Source: Thermodesulfobacteriota bacterium (GTDB lineage: Bacteria > Desulfobacterota_D > UBA1144). Taken from it: a DNA stretch of 64,000 nt. Below, one piece after another: positions 36,256 through 45,251 of the stretch (the first letter of the stretch is position 1; every line of letters starts with the position of its first letter). Location: contig JAYZEP010000001.1 of the NCBI GenBank assembly GCA_036337225.1, positions 72,405 through 136,404 on the forward strand, in the 5' to 3' direction. Position numbers and translations under genes: made by a program. A model generated the notes under the pieces. That model searched no databases. It saw only the letters and a list, made by a program, of their open reading frames with translations, and was not told the DNA's origin.

Positions 36256-38118
36256 TTAATGCTGCTTAAGCATCTCTAACTCCTTAACTATAAAATCGAT
36301 TAGTTCTGTAACGGCTATAGGCTGGCCTGTAACTCTTCCAAGAAAAGATGTATCAATTAAGAATTTTGACCTAATTATCATATCGAGTTGACCCAAGTTT
36401 AATTCTACCACACCTATTTTCTTAAACTGTCTGAGTATCTTAGAAAGATTTTTAGGAAGAGGGTTGAGGTGTCGAATATTAATCATAGCAACCTTTTTCC
36501 CGGATTGGTTTACTGCTTCTACCGCAGCTTTCATGCTCCCCAAAGTGCTTCCCCAGCCTACAAGCAATAGGTCTGCACCCTTATCCCCAATAATTTCTAA
36601 GTCGGGTATGTCATTAGCAACTTTTTGAACCTTTTCTGCTCTTAATCTTGTCATCAAGTCATGGTTCTCAGCATCTTGTGTCACGTCACCAGTTTCGTTT
36701 AGCTTTTCAAGCCCACCTATAGTATGTTCTAGCCCTTTGGTTCCAACCTTAACCCAATCTCTTGCCAAAGTTTCCTTGTTTCTCTTATAGGGCAGATACC
36801 CCTCAACTTTTTTTCTAAAAGGAGACTTCATCTTAGGGATTTTTTTTAAATCAGGGATTTTCCATGGTTCTGAAGAATTAATCAAAAAACCTTCAGATAG
36901 TACAACAACTGGGGTCATATATTTTGTGGCAAGCCTAACGGCTTCTATAGACATCCAAAAACAGTCGGCTGCGGTTGATGGGGCCAAGACTATCACGTGT
37001 GAGTCTGACGGTCTGCCAAACAAGGCCATCGCCAAATCTCCCTGTTCTGTTTTTGTAGGCATTCCTGTAGAGATTCCGGATCTCATATAGTCAAAAACAA
37101 TTAACGGCAACTCTGTCATTACGGCTAGGTTTAGAGCCTCTATTTTTAGAGCCAGGCCTGGACCGGAGCTCCCTGTGATACCAAGGGCTCCTCCGTATGA
37201 TGCACCCAAAGCCATAGTTATTGCTGCAATTTCATCTTCTGTTTGAATTGCGGAAACATCAAATTGTTTTAAAGCTGAAAGAAGATGTAGAACTTCACTT
37301 GCTGGGGTAATTGGGTATCCAGAATATACAATTGGTAGGTTGATTTTTTCTGACGCGGTCAAAAGACCATATGCTGTGGCCAATGCCCCATTAATATTTC
37401 TATATGTGCCTGGTTCAAGTTTTGCTGGAGGGACTTTGTACATTACAGGAAAAATCTCCATTGTGTCGCAGATATTAAATCCAGCATGAAGAACCTTTGT
37501 GTTTGCTTCAAGAATAGCAGGCTTCTTTCCAAATTTTGATTTCAAGAAATTCTCAATAGGCTCTAAGGGCCTTGAAAACAACCAAGAAACTATGCCTAGA
37601 GCTAAAAAGTTCTTACATCTTAGTTTATCTTGGTGGCCAAGCTCCATGTCCTTTAAAGATTCCAGGGTTAATTTAGTTATAGGAATCTTGTGAACGGTAA
37701 AACCAGACAAAAGTTTATTTCCTGGGTCTAAAGGATTAGAGTCAAAACCAGCCTTGTTGATATTTTTCTCATCAAACTCATCTTCGTTGACTACGATAAT
37801 CCCTCCCTCGTTAATAGTTTTTAGGTTAACTTTTAATGCCGCTGGGTTGAAACAAACAAGAACATCTGGCCTATCCCCAGGTGTGTAAATATCTTTTGAT
37901 GCAAATTGTATTTGATACGATGATACTCCATAGGTGGTACCCAGTGGCGCCCTAATTTCCGAAGGAAAATCCGGGAAAGTTGCAAAATCGTTGCCGGCAA
38001 TTGCGGTCGTGTTACCGAACTGATCACCGGTTATTTGTATTCCGTCACCAGAATCCCCGGCAAATTTAACGGTAATGGTCTCTACTTCCCGTTCGTCAAT
38101 CTGTTTCTCGACTCCCAA
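36256..38118 (-). CDS. korA: 2-oxoacid:ferredoxin oxidoreductase alpha subunit with an N-terminal gamma-type domain (fused gamma-alpha).
   Basis: It is 620 aa. The N-terminal domain of about 180 aa is gamma-like (FAGDSGDGIQ). The central domain is alpha-like (INGALATAYGLL...YPITPASE). Confidence 0.85.
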   Translation of the reverse strand: MGVEKQIDEREVETITVKFAGDSGDGIQITGDQFGNTTAIAGNDFATFPDFPSEIRAPLGTTYGVSSYQIQFASKDIYTPGDRPDVLVCFNPAALKVNLKTINEGGIIVVNEDEFDEKNINKAGFDSNPLDPGNKLLSGFTVHKIPITKLTLESLKDMELGHQDKLRCKNFLALGIVSWLFSRPLEPIENFLKSKFGKKPAILEANTKVLHAGFNICDTMEIFPVMYKVPPAKLEPGTYRNINGALATAYGLLTASEKINLPIVYSGYPITPASEVLHLLSALKQFDVSAIQTEDEIAAITMALGASYGGALGITGSSGPGLALKIEALNLAVMTELPLIVFDYMRSGISTGMPTKTEQGDLAMALFGRPSDSHVIVLAPSTAADCFWMSIEAVRLATKYMTPVVVLSEGFLINSSEPWKIPDLKKIPKMKSPFRKKVEGYLPYKRNKETLARDWVKVGTKGLEHTIGGLEKLNETGDVTQDAENHDLMTRLRAEKVQKVANDIPDLEIIGDKGADLLLVGWGSTLGSMKAAVEAVNQSGKKVAMINIRHLNPLPKNLSKILRQFKKIGVVELNLGQLDMIIRSKFLIDTSFLGRVTGQPIAVTELIDFIVKELEMLKQH

Positions 38119-38204
38119 CTTAAGGGTTACCTCTCGACATGTGAATTTAAGTTGCCCAAATTAATATAGCAGAATTTCTTTTTAATACAATTTAATTAGT
38201 CTAA

Positions 38205-39809
38205 TTAGTGTTTTACATATGCAAACCGCAGCGTTCGATTAGAAATCTTCCAATCTATATGTTTAAGCCACTTGTCCGATTCAGACGAAAAGTCTTCTCG
38301 CATATGGGCACCTCTTGATTCTTCTCTTAATAGGGCCGACTTTGTAATCAAATATGATACTGTTTTTAAATTCATTAGCCTGGTATCAATTAGGTCAAAA
38401 GCGTCAAAGGCGCTCTTCTTGATAGAAGATATCTCATTTAAAGCCAGCAGAAGATCTTTTTTGTTTCTTAAAACTCCGACGTAATTGTTCACGGTTTGCG
38501 AGAGCGCTATTCTGCTGTTTATATACCTCTCAACTTTTTTGTCTGAAGAAACCAACGAATATTTAGCAGATTTCTTAACTAGCAAAGAGGGGACTTTTTT
38601 AAATTTTCTGGACAGCTCAACCGCGGAATCAATGGACCGCTTTGCGAAGACTAAGCACTCTAATAGGGAATTACTTGCAAGTCTGTTTGCACCATGGACG
38701 CCGGAACAAGCCACTTCTCCACATGCATAAAGATTTTCTATATTAGTTCTAGCAAACAAGTCAGTCCTTATTCCTCCAATCATGTAGTGCGCAGCTGGCG
38801 AGACAGGTATGGCTTCTTTGGTTATGTCTATACCTTCCCTTATGCAAAGCTCATATATATTTTTAAATCTTGTTTTTATTGTTGAGGGTTTTAAATGTTT
38901 TATAGAAAGAAAAACATTTTTCTCCCCGTTGGCCCTCATCTCATTGAAGATTGCTCTAGCAACTACGTGTCTGGGTGCTAACTCCATCTGGCTGGAATAG
39001 TCTTCCATAAACCTTTTTTTTGAGTGATTAATCAATCTCCCGCCTTCTCCTCTTAATGCCTCCGATATTAAGAAGCTTTGGGATCCATCTTGTGAGAAAG
39101 CAGTAGGGTGAAATTGAACAAATTCCATATCCGTAACAACGGCACCGGCATTTATTGCCATTGCGATTCCTTCGCCTGACGTGCCTGATGGATTTGTGGA
39201 TTTATAATAAATTCCACACCCTCCCCCTGTTGCTAAAACCGTGGCCTTAGAATGTACAGCTATTTTCCTTTTTTCTTTATCGTCGCAAACCAAACATCCA
39301 AAGCAAGATTTTAGATTTGAAAGTAGATCTATAACATAAGTATTTTCTAAAACTTTTATATTTTTTGTTTTTTTGATTTCTTTCGAAAGAAGATCCACCA
39401 TTGCCTTCCCTGTTTCGTTACCTAGTGCGTGTAGAATCCTTCTTCTGCTATGCCCTCCTTCTATTCCAAAATCAAGTCCAGATTCTCCTTCATCAAACTC
39501 CATTCCCTGTTCTATTAATTCAAGCACTCTTTCGAGCCCCTCGTTCACCATTATGTTTACACCTATTTGGTTGTTAAGCCCGCACCCGACTGAAATCGTA
39601 TCATCATAGTGGAAATCTACTGAGTCGTAGTTGTCAATTGCGGCCGCAATACCTCCTTGCGCCCAGTAGGAATTGCTTTCCTGAATAGAGGATTTTGTGA
39701 CAATTGTTACACTGCCAAAATTCGAAGCGTACAAAGCCGAATAAAGACCGGACAAACCTGACCCTATGATTAAAAAATCGGTCTTTATCTCTTCGACTTC
39801 ATGCCCCAC
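38205..39809 (-). CDS. nadB: L-aspartate oxidase.
   Basis: FAD-binding DFLIIGSGLSGLYSALYAS is present. The active-site RGEGG region (ISEALRGEGGRLIN) is present. Confidence 0.9.
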   Translation of the reverse strand: MGHEVEEIKTDFLIIGSGLSGLYSALYASNFGSVTIVTKSSIQESNSYWAQGGIAAAIDNYDSVDFHYDDTISVGCGLNNQIGVNIMVNEGLERVLELIEQGMEFDEGESGLDFGIEGGHSRRRILHALGNETGKAMVDLLSKEIKKTKNIKVLENTYVIDLLSNLKSCFGCLVCDDKEKRKIAVHSKATVLATGGGCGIYYKSTNPSGTSGEGIAMAINAGAVVTDMEFVQFHPTAFSQDGSQSFLISEALRGEGGRLINHSKKRFMEDYSSQMELAPRHVVARAIFNEMRANGEKNVFLSIKHLKPSTIKTRFKNIYELCIREGIDITKEAIPVSPAAHYMIGGIRTDLFARTNIENLYACGEVACSGVHGANRLASNSLLECLVFAKRSIDSAVELSRKFKKVPSLLVKKSAKYSLVSSDKKVERYINSRIALSQTVNNYVGVLRNKKDLLLALNEISSIKKSAFDAFDLIDTRLMNLKTVSYLITKSALLREESRGAHMREDFSSESDKWLKHIDWKISNRTLRFAYVKH

Positions 39810-42372
39810 AAGAAATTACCTCCGTTAAATTGTTTTTTATAGTCCTTATGTCATTTTCACCAAGCAGCTTTTTTCCGTCAATTTTCTTGACATAAAACGA
39901 GTCGTCAACAGACCCGCGCTTTGTAGAGATTTTTACGAACCCAACAATTAGACCATGGTCTTTTAGAGTTTTGGACATATCATACAAAAGCCCGGGCCTA
40001 TCGGTTGCACTCAATTCAATAATTGTGAAATTTTTTGATGAATCATTGTCAATATTAATCTTGGTTTTAACTTTTGCGCTCATCAGCCCTATGCGCTTGC
40101 TTGATAATGGTTTGGATTCGAGTGAAAAATCTCGCGACTCAAGACTCTTTTTTATCGAGTCCCACATACCTCTTTCACGAAAGGTAGATTGACCAAACCT
40201 ATTTACTTCAAACGTATAAAGCACGAGATCCTTCTTTAGGGGCGTAACCCTTCCTGAAAATATATTAATATTGGACGATGACAAAACGGCACAAATTTCT
40301 ACAAACTCTATCTTACGATCTTTGGACCAAATTGTTAGCTGGTCTATTTGTTTCTGTTGACTGTACTTTATACCCATTGACAGGCTTCCTTCATTGCTTA
40401 GAAGAAGTTGTATTTGATAGACAAGTTCCTCCGCGGAGTAATTATCAAAATACGTTGAGATTCTTTTTCCACCAATTTTCTCAAATTTATCCCTATCGGT
40501 TTCTTTAAAGACCTCAATCTCTTTTCTGTTTTTAATAGATAATCGAGATGCTTTAGTACCCCCTCTTTTTCTTTTGGAGAGCAAAATCATAGTTTTTTTG
40601 AAAAGCGTAGACAACAAATTTCCCTTCCAGCCGGACCAAACATCTGGGGCAACACTTCGAAGGTCGCAGAACGTCAAGACAAAAAGATAGTTTAATCTTT
40701 CTACCGTACCCACCCTATCTTTAAACTCTTTGATGAGCTGATCGTCATCTAGGTCCCTCTTTTGTGAGTAAGATGACATTGATAAGTGCTCTTTAACTAG
40801 AAACTCTATGGTTGCAACAGATTCTTTATCTACAAACAAACGGTCGCATATTTTTTGAACCATTTCAGCTCCACGCCTGGCGTGACTATTGCCGTAGCCT
40901 TTTCCAATATCGTGCAACAGGCCAGTTAAGTAGAATATCTCTTTCTTTTTTAACCCCCGGGCGATTTCCGTCTCCAGAGGAAACTCTGTTTCGTAAGTAC
41001 CATCAATAAGTTTTTCAAATTCTTCTATTAGCAAAAGGGAATGAATATCGACCGTATAGATATGAGAGGGGTCGGTAACAGCTAGGTCTTTTATTTTTTC
41101 AAACTCAGGAATGAAGAAATTAATCAAATCGTATCTATTAATGTCTAACAAAACACGATAAGTGTTTTTGCCTTTTTTTAATAGCTCAAGAAATTTTTTA
41201 TTTAAGGTACGTTTGTCATCCATAGAGAATCGACGTGTTCTAATCTTCTTAATCTCTGTGACAACCTCATCCGCGATATCAGTATTGTTAGCTGCGGAGT
41301 ATTCAAATGGTGCTAGTAAAGTACTTGGGTTATGCAATATCTCCGAAGGGTTAATTGCCCTTATCGTGCCCCTGTGAATTATATAAAAATCATCTAGGTT
41401 TTGAATTCTTTTTGAAGAAAATATTTTTTTGTTTTTATCTAGGGCTCTTTGGATAATTTTATTTGTCAACTGTCCAATTTTGTTTGTAGTACCATAGAGT
41501 ATTTTCATAAAGACATTTTCTTTAGTTAAAAAGCCCTCGCTCTTAATTTTAAAAAAGTCCGCAGCCGTAGTCTGAAAATCGCAATCAATTACATCAAACT
41601 CTGAAGGCTTATTTATATGAAGATGATTTCTAACTTGAAGTAAAAAATCCAGAGACTCATTGATTGTACGCATCTCCTCCCTGTTTAAAAAACCACCATC
41701 AAGAAACCTATCAATTTCTATTTGACAATAAAAAGCTCTAAGAATCCAAAAACAACTGTGGATGTCCCTTAAGCACCCTTGGCCTTCTTTGATGTTGGGC
41801 TCTCTTAAGAAATCTGATGTCCCATATTTCTCGTACCTCGATTTTCTCTCTAGGATTTTTTTATCTATAAAATTTTGTGATATGTTTGGAAGTAGCGTCT
41901 TATTGAGTCTGTTTTTTAAAGTGGTATGCAAAATTGAATCGCCTGCAATAGCCCTTAAATCAAGCAACGATGTCAGGATCGTTGAATCTTGCATGCTTGC
42001 AAGCTCAAGGCAATCTTCAATTGTTCGTAAAGAATTTCCAATCTCAAGCCCTGTATCCCATAGTTTGTAAAGAATATTCTCAGCCAAGCTCTTTGCCTCG
42101 TCTATTTTTGATTTTTCATAAAGTATGAGAATGTCTATGTCGGACTTTAGGCACAACTCTCTTCTTCCATAACCACCCAGGGCCAAAATAACAATCCCTT
42201 TAGATTTGTAGTCGATATTGAGTTCAGCCGATATCAGCTTGTCGACTTCGTTTGAGTATTTATGTGCAACGGCAATCCCACCATTCTTGCCAGAAAGATG
42301 AAATTTTTTAATTCCATCATATAGAAGATTAAACTTAGCAATAAAAGTCTTGGTCTTTGCCTGGCTCGTCAT
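39799..42372 (-). CDS. glnD: [Protein-PII] uridylyltransferase / uridylyl-removing enzyme GlnD.
   Basis: It is 857 aa with an N-terminal nucleotidyltransferase domain (ILALGGYGRRELCLKSDIDI), a central HD domain (LLHDIGKG) and two C-terminal ACT domains. Confidence 0.85.
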   Translation of the reverse strand: MTSQAKTKTFIAKFNLLYDGIKKFHLSGKNGGIAVAHKYSNEVDKLISAELNIDYKSKGIVILALGGYGRRELCLKSDIDILILYEKSKIDEAKSLAENILYKLWDTGLEIGNSLRTIEDCLELASMQDSTILTSLLDLRAIAGDSILHTTLKNRLNKTLLPNISQNFIDKKILERKSRYEKYGTSDFLREPNIKEGQGCLRDIHSCFWILRAFYCQIEIDRFLDGGFLNREEMRTINESLDFLLQVRNHLHINKPSEFDVIDCDFQTTAADFFKIKSEGFLTKENVFMKILYGTTNKIGQLTNKIIQRALDKNKKIFSSKRIQNLDDFYIIHRGTIRAINPSEILHNPSTLLAPFEYSAANNTDIADEVVTEIKKIRTRRFSMDDKRTLNKKFLELLKKGKNTYRVLLDINRYDLINFFIPEFEKIKDLAVTDPSHIYTVDIHSLLLIEEFEKLIDGTYETEFPLETEIARGLKKKEIFYLTGLLHDIGKGYGNSHARRGAEMVQKICDRLFVDKESVATIEFLVKEHLSMSSYSQKRDLDDDQLIKEFKDRVGTVERLNYLFVLTFCDLRSVAPDVWSGWKGNLLSTLFKKTMILLSKRKRGGTKASRLSIKNRKEIEVFKETDRDKFEKIGGKRISTYFDNYSAEELVYQIQLLLSNEGSLSMGIKYSQQKQIDQLTIWSKDRKIEFVEICAVLSSSNINIFSGRVTPLKKDLVLYTFEVNRFGQSTFRERGMWDSIKKSLESRDFSLESKPLSSKRIGLMSAKVKTKINIDNDSSKNFTIIELSATDRPGLLYDMSKTLKDHGLIVGFVKISTKRGSVDDSFYVKKIDGKKLLGENDIRTIKNNLTEVISCGA

Positions 42373-42929
42373 TTTTTAAAATCAACGAATGTCTCGCCCT
42401 GGCCATTAGCTTTATTTTCGTATCTAGCCAAAACAAAAAGAAGGTCCGATAACCTGTTTACATAAATAAGCGAGATGGGATTAATCCATTCTGTTTTCGC
42501 TAGCGATACCATTGTTCTTTCCGCTCTCCTACATACCGTTCTTGCCAAGTGAAGGCTTGCGCCAACGAATGAACCACTGGGCAAAATAAATTCTTTTAGG
42601 ACCCCAACGTCGGCGGCGTATTTGTCTATTCTATTTTCAACCCACGTTACTCTATTCTTTTTAATTCTAGGTGCTAAGATATTTTTTTTTGAAGCAAGGT
42701 CAGCTCCAAGTACAAATAAATCATTCTGAATTCTTGAAATGATTTTCCTACTATCTGTGCTTACCGAACCGCTTAAAACTAGGCCCAATACCGAATTTAA
42801 TTCATCGACGTCGCCATACGACATAACCCTTATAGAATCTTTTGGTACGATTTCCCCTCCTACAAGCATTGTGTTGCCCGCATCTCCCGTTTTCGTATAA
42901 ACTTTTGTTATTCTGATCTTTTTTGCCAT
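42369..42929 (-). CDS. ATP:cob(I)alamin adenosyltransferase, PduO type.
   Basis: The N-terminus KVYTKTGDAGNTML is the PduO/MMAB signature. The protein is 186 aa. Confidence 0.85.
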   Translation of the reverse strand: MAKKIRITKVYTKTGDAGNTMLVGGEIVPKDSIRVMSYGDVDELNSVLGLVLSGSVSTDSRKIISRIQNDLFVLGADLASKKNILAPRIKKNRVTWVENRIDKYAADVGVLKEFILPSGSFVGASLHLARTVCRRAERTMVSLAKTEWINPISLIYVNRLSDLLFVLARYENKANGQGETFVDFKK

Positions 42930-42980
42930 GAACTATTTTAACTCATTTGACAAACCTAAACAATTTGAGACTTATTTGTT

Positions 42981-44048
42981 ATTGTTAAATTTATTATTAA
43001 GGAACTATTTCAAAAAAACGACAAGGTATCGTTTTCCGATTTTGTCCGATATGCTCTCTATAGTCCAAATGGATACTACAAAAAAGATATTGCCATAGGG
43101 CACAAAAATGATTTTTACACATCTCCTTTAATCTCTAAATTGTTTGGAGCAACGATAGGAAATTTTTTTTCAAAAATTATTTTAGAGAAGTTTCCTACAA
43201 ATACGGTGTCAATCGTAGAACTTGGTTCCAACGATGGAAGATTGATTAATGATATTCTTGATTTTCTTTCTAAGCACCATCTAGATATATATGGAAGACT
43301 AGAAGTTTTTATTTTAGAAACAAATTCTTTACTAAAAAAGAAGATGGTTGACAATCTTCAATCACATCAAGATTTAGTTGTTCTCGCAGATTCAATTAAT
43401 GCAATTAAATCAAAAACAAAAAAAGGTATAGTTTTATGTAATGAATTGTTCGACGCATTACCATTCAATCGCTGCATTGTAAAAAATGGAGAGTGCTTCC
43501 AGACTAACCTTTTTGCTGATCAAGACGAAATATTGGGGAGAGAGGAAAGGGCTGATAAGAATTTAATAAAATTTATTAATCGGTTTAGCTTGAAAATAAA
43601 AGAGAATTTTTTCTTCGAACTCCCCTCCTCCGAATATGAAACGATTTTTAAAGACCTTTCTCAACAACTGGATGAAGCATTTTTTTTAATAAGTGACTAT
43701 GGTGATAAATCAGATTATTTTAGCGTATCGCCTGATCCTCTTGGAACTGCTCGTTGCTTTTACAAGCATCAAGTTTCAAGAAATTTTTATGAGAATATTT
43801 TTAATCAGGATATAACCCATGATGTAAATTTCTCATTACTTTCTCAAATTGCATCATTCTATGGATTCAAGGAAGTCGCTTTTGTTTCACAAGCTAAGTT
43901 CTTGCTAGATAATAACATCCTGGATATATATGATAATTGTCAGGATTCGGAGAAACTGGAATTAGGCCAAGGACTAAAGGAGCTTGTTTTGCCAAACCTT
44001 CTAGGAGAAAAATTTAAATTTCTTTTTTTAGAAAGCCCACTTTGTTGA
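42981..44048 (+). CDS. MidA/DUF185-like putative SAM-dependent methyltransferase. The true start is unresolved: the ORF track begins at a TTG at 43140, but the conserved N-terminus is encoded in frame upstream (from 42969) with no ATG/GTG/TTG. ATT at 42981 is a candidate non-canonical start.
   Basis: In-frame upstream translation ...KELFQKNDKVSFSDFVRYALYSPNGYYKKD...DFYTSPLISKLFGATIG matches the MidA N-terminal signature (ISF..FM..ALY.P..GYY...DF.TSP.IS..FGE.I). Downstream, VELGSNDGRL resembles the methyltransferase motif I region. Confidence 0.55.
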   Translation: MVKFIIKELFQKNDKVSFSDFVRYALYSPNGYYKKDIAIGHKNDFYTSPLISKLFGATIGNFFSKIILEKFPTNTVSIVELGSNDGRLINDILDFLSKHHLDIYGRLEVFILETNSLLKKKMVDNLQSHQDLVVLADSINAIKSKTKKGIVLCNELFDALPFNRCIVKNGECFQTNLFADQDEILGREERADKNLIKFINRFSLKIKENFFFELPSSEYETIFKDLSQQLDEAFFLISDYGDKSDYFSVSPDPLGTARCFYKHQVSRNFYENIFNQDITHDVNFSLLSQIASFYGFKEVAFVSQAKFLLDNNILDIYDNCQDSEKLELGQGLKELVLPNLLGEKFKFLFLESPLC

Positions 44049-44087
44049 TTTGAAGTACATTTCTTTTACGTTAGAATTAGTTCTACT

Positions 44088-45251
44088 ATGGAAATTCGGT
44101 GGTCCGATAGAATAAGAAACCTCCCTCCTTATCTGTTTGCGGAGATTGATGCAAAGAAAGACAAATTAATCGAAAAAGGTATTGATGTAATTGATTTGGG
44201 AGTAGGGGATCCAGATATACCCACGCCCAATAGAATTATTGAGGTGCTACACAAATCCTCTTTGAATCCAGAGAACCATAGGTACCCGTCGTACGCCGGA
44301 ATGATGTCTTTTAGAAATGAGGTTGCTAGCTGGTACAAGAAAAGATTTAATGTTAATGTTGCCGGAGATAAAAATGTAATAATTCTTATTGGCTCAAAAG
44401 AGGGCGTAGCCCACGCTCCTCTTGCTTTTATAAACCCTGGCGATGTTGCCCTAGTTCCAAACCCTGGTTATCCAGTTTATTCTATAGCGACAACTTTTGC
44501 AGGCGGTACCCCGTTCCAGATGCCTCTTCTAGAATCGAATGGTTTTATGCCAGATTTTGACTTAATACCAAAAGAGATAGTAAAAAAAGCCAAAATAATG
44601 TTTTTGAATTACCCTAACAACCCAACTACCGCATTTGCAACCGACGAATTTTTCAAACAAGCAATTGATTTCGCCTATAGGAATGAAATTTTGATTTGTC
44701 ACGATGCTGCTTATACGGAAGTCTATTTTGAAGATAAACCTAGAAGTTTTTTAGAGTATGATGGCGCAATAGAAGTTGGCGTTGAATTTCATAGTCTTTC
44801 AAAAACTTTTAGTATGACGGGCTGGAGATTGGCGCATGTGGTTGGGAATGAAAAAGCTGTCGCTGGCATAGGGAAGGTTAAAACGAATATAGATTCTGGT
44901 GCTTTTCAGGCGATACAAGAAGCAGGAATAGAAGCGTTAAGAAATTACGAAGTTGGACTAAAAGATAGAATAGAAATTTATAAGGGCAGGTGCGAATTAC
45001 TTTCAACGGGACTTGAATCAATTGGAATTGAAGTTTATCGACCCAGGGGAACCTTCTATGTCTGGTTCAAAAACCCTAAAGGCTTGTCTTCAAGCGAATT
45101 CGGAAACATTTTGCTTGAAGATGCCGGAATAGTAATGACGCCAGGTACTGGTTTTGGCGACTATGGAGAAGGTTACACTAGGGCGTCGGTTACACTTGAA
45201 GATAAAAAACTTATTGAAGCAGTCGAAAGAATTAAGAAATTATCTATTTAA
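44088..45251 (+). CDS. dapL: LL-diaminopimelate aminotransferase (a class I aminotransferase).
   Basis: The N-terminus [20 protein letters not shown]...IDLGVGDPD is characteristic of DapL. The PLP-lysine region [12 protein letters not shown] is present. Confidence 0.75.
   Translation: MEIRWSDRIRNLPPYLFAEIDAKKDKLIEKGIDVIDLGVGDPDIPTPNRIIEVLHKSSLNPENHRYPSYAGMMSFRNEVASWYKKRFNVNVAGDKNVIILIGSKEGVAHAPLAFINPGDVALVPNPGYPVYSIATTFAGGTPFQMPLLESNGFMPDFDLIPKEIVKKAKIMFLNYPNNPTTAFATDEFFKQAIDFAYRNEILICHDAAYTEVYFEDKPRSFLEYDGAIEVGVEFHSLSKTFSMTGWRLAHVVGNEKAVAGIGKVKTNIDSGAFQAIQEAGIEALRNYEVGLKDRIEIYKGRCELLSTGLESIGIEVYRPRGTFYVWFKNPKGLSSSEFGNILLEDAGIVMTPGTGFGDYGEGYTRASVTLEDKKLIEAVERIKKLSI

Noticed and set aside
42928-43098. 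An alternative 56-aa ORF starting at the ATG that forms a CATG palindrome with the PduO start codon, considered as a possible true 5' end of the MidA-like gene reached through a frameshift.
   Set aside because: Its translation (MNYFNSFDKPKQFETYLLLLN...) shows no MidA similarity. The conserved MidA N-terminal motif is in a different frame starting at 42969, so a simple frameshift fusion is not supported.
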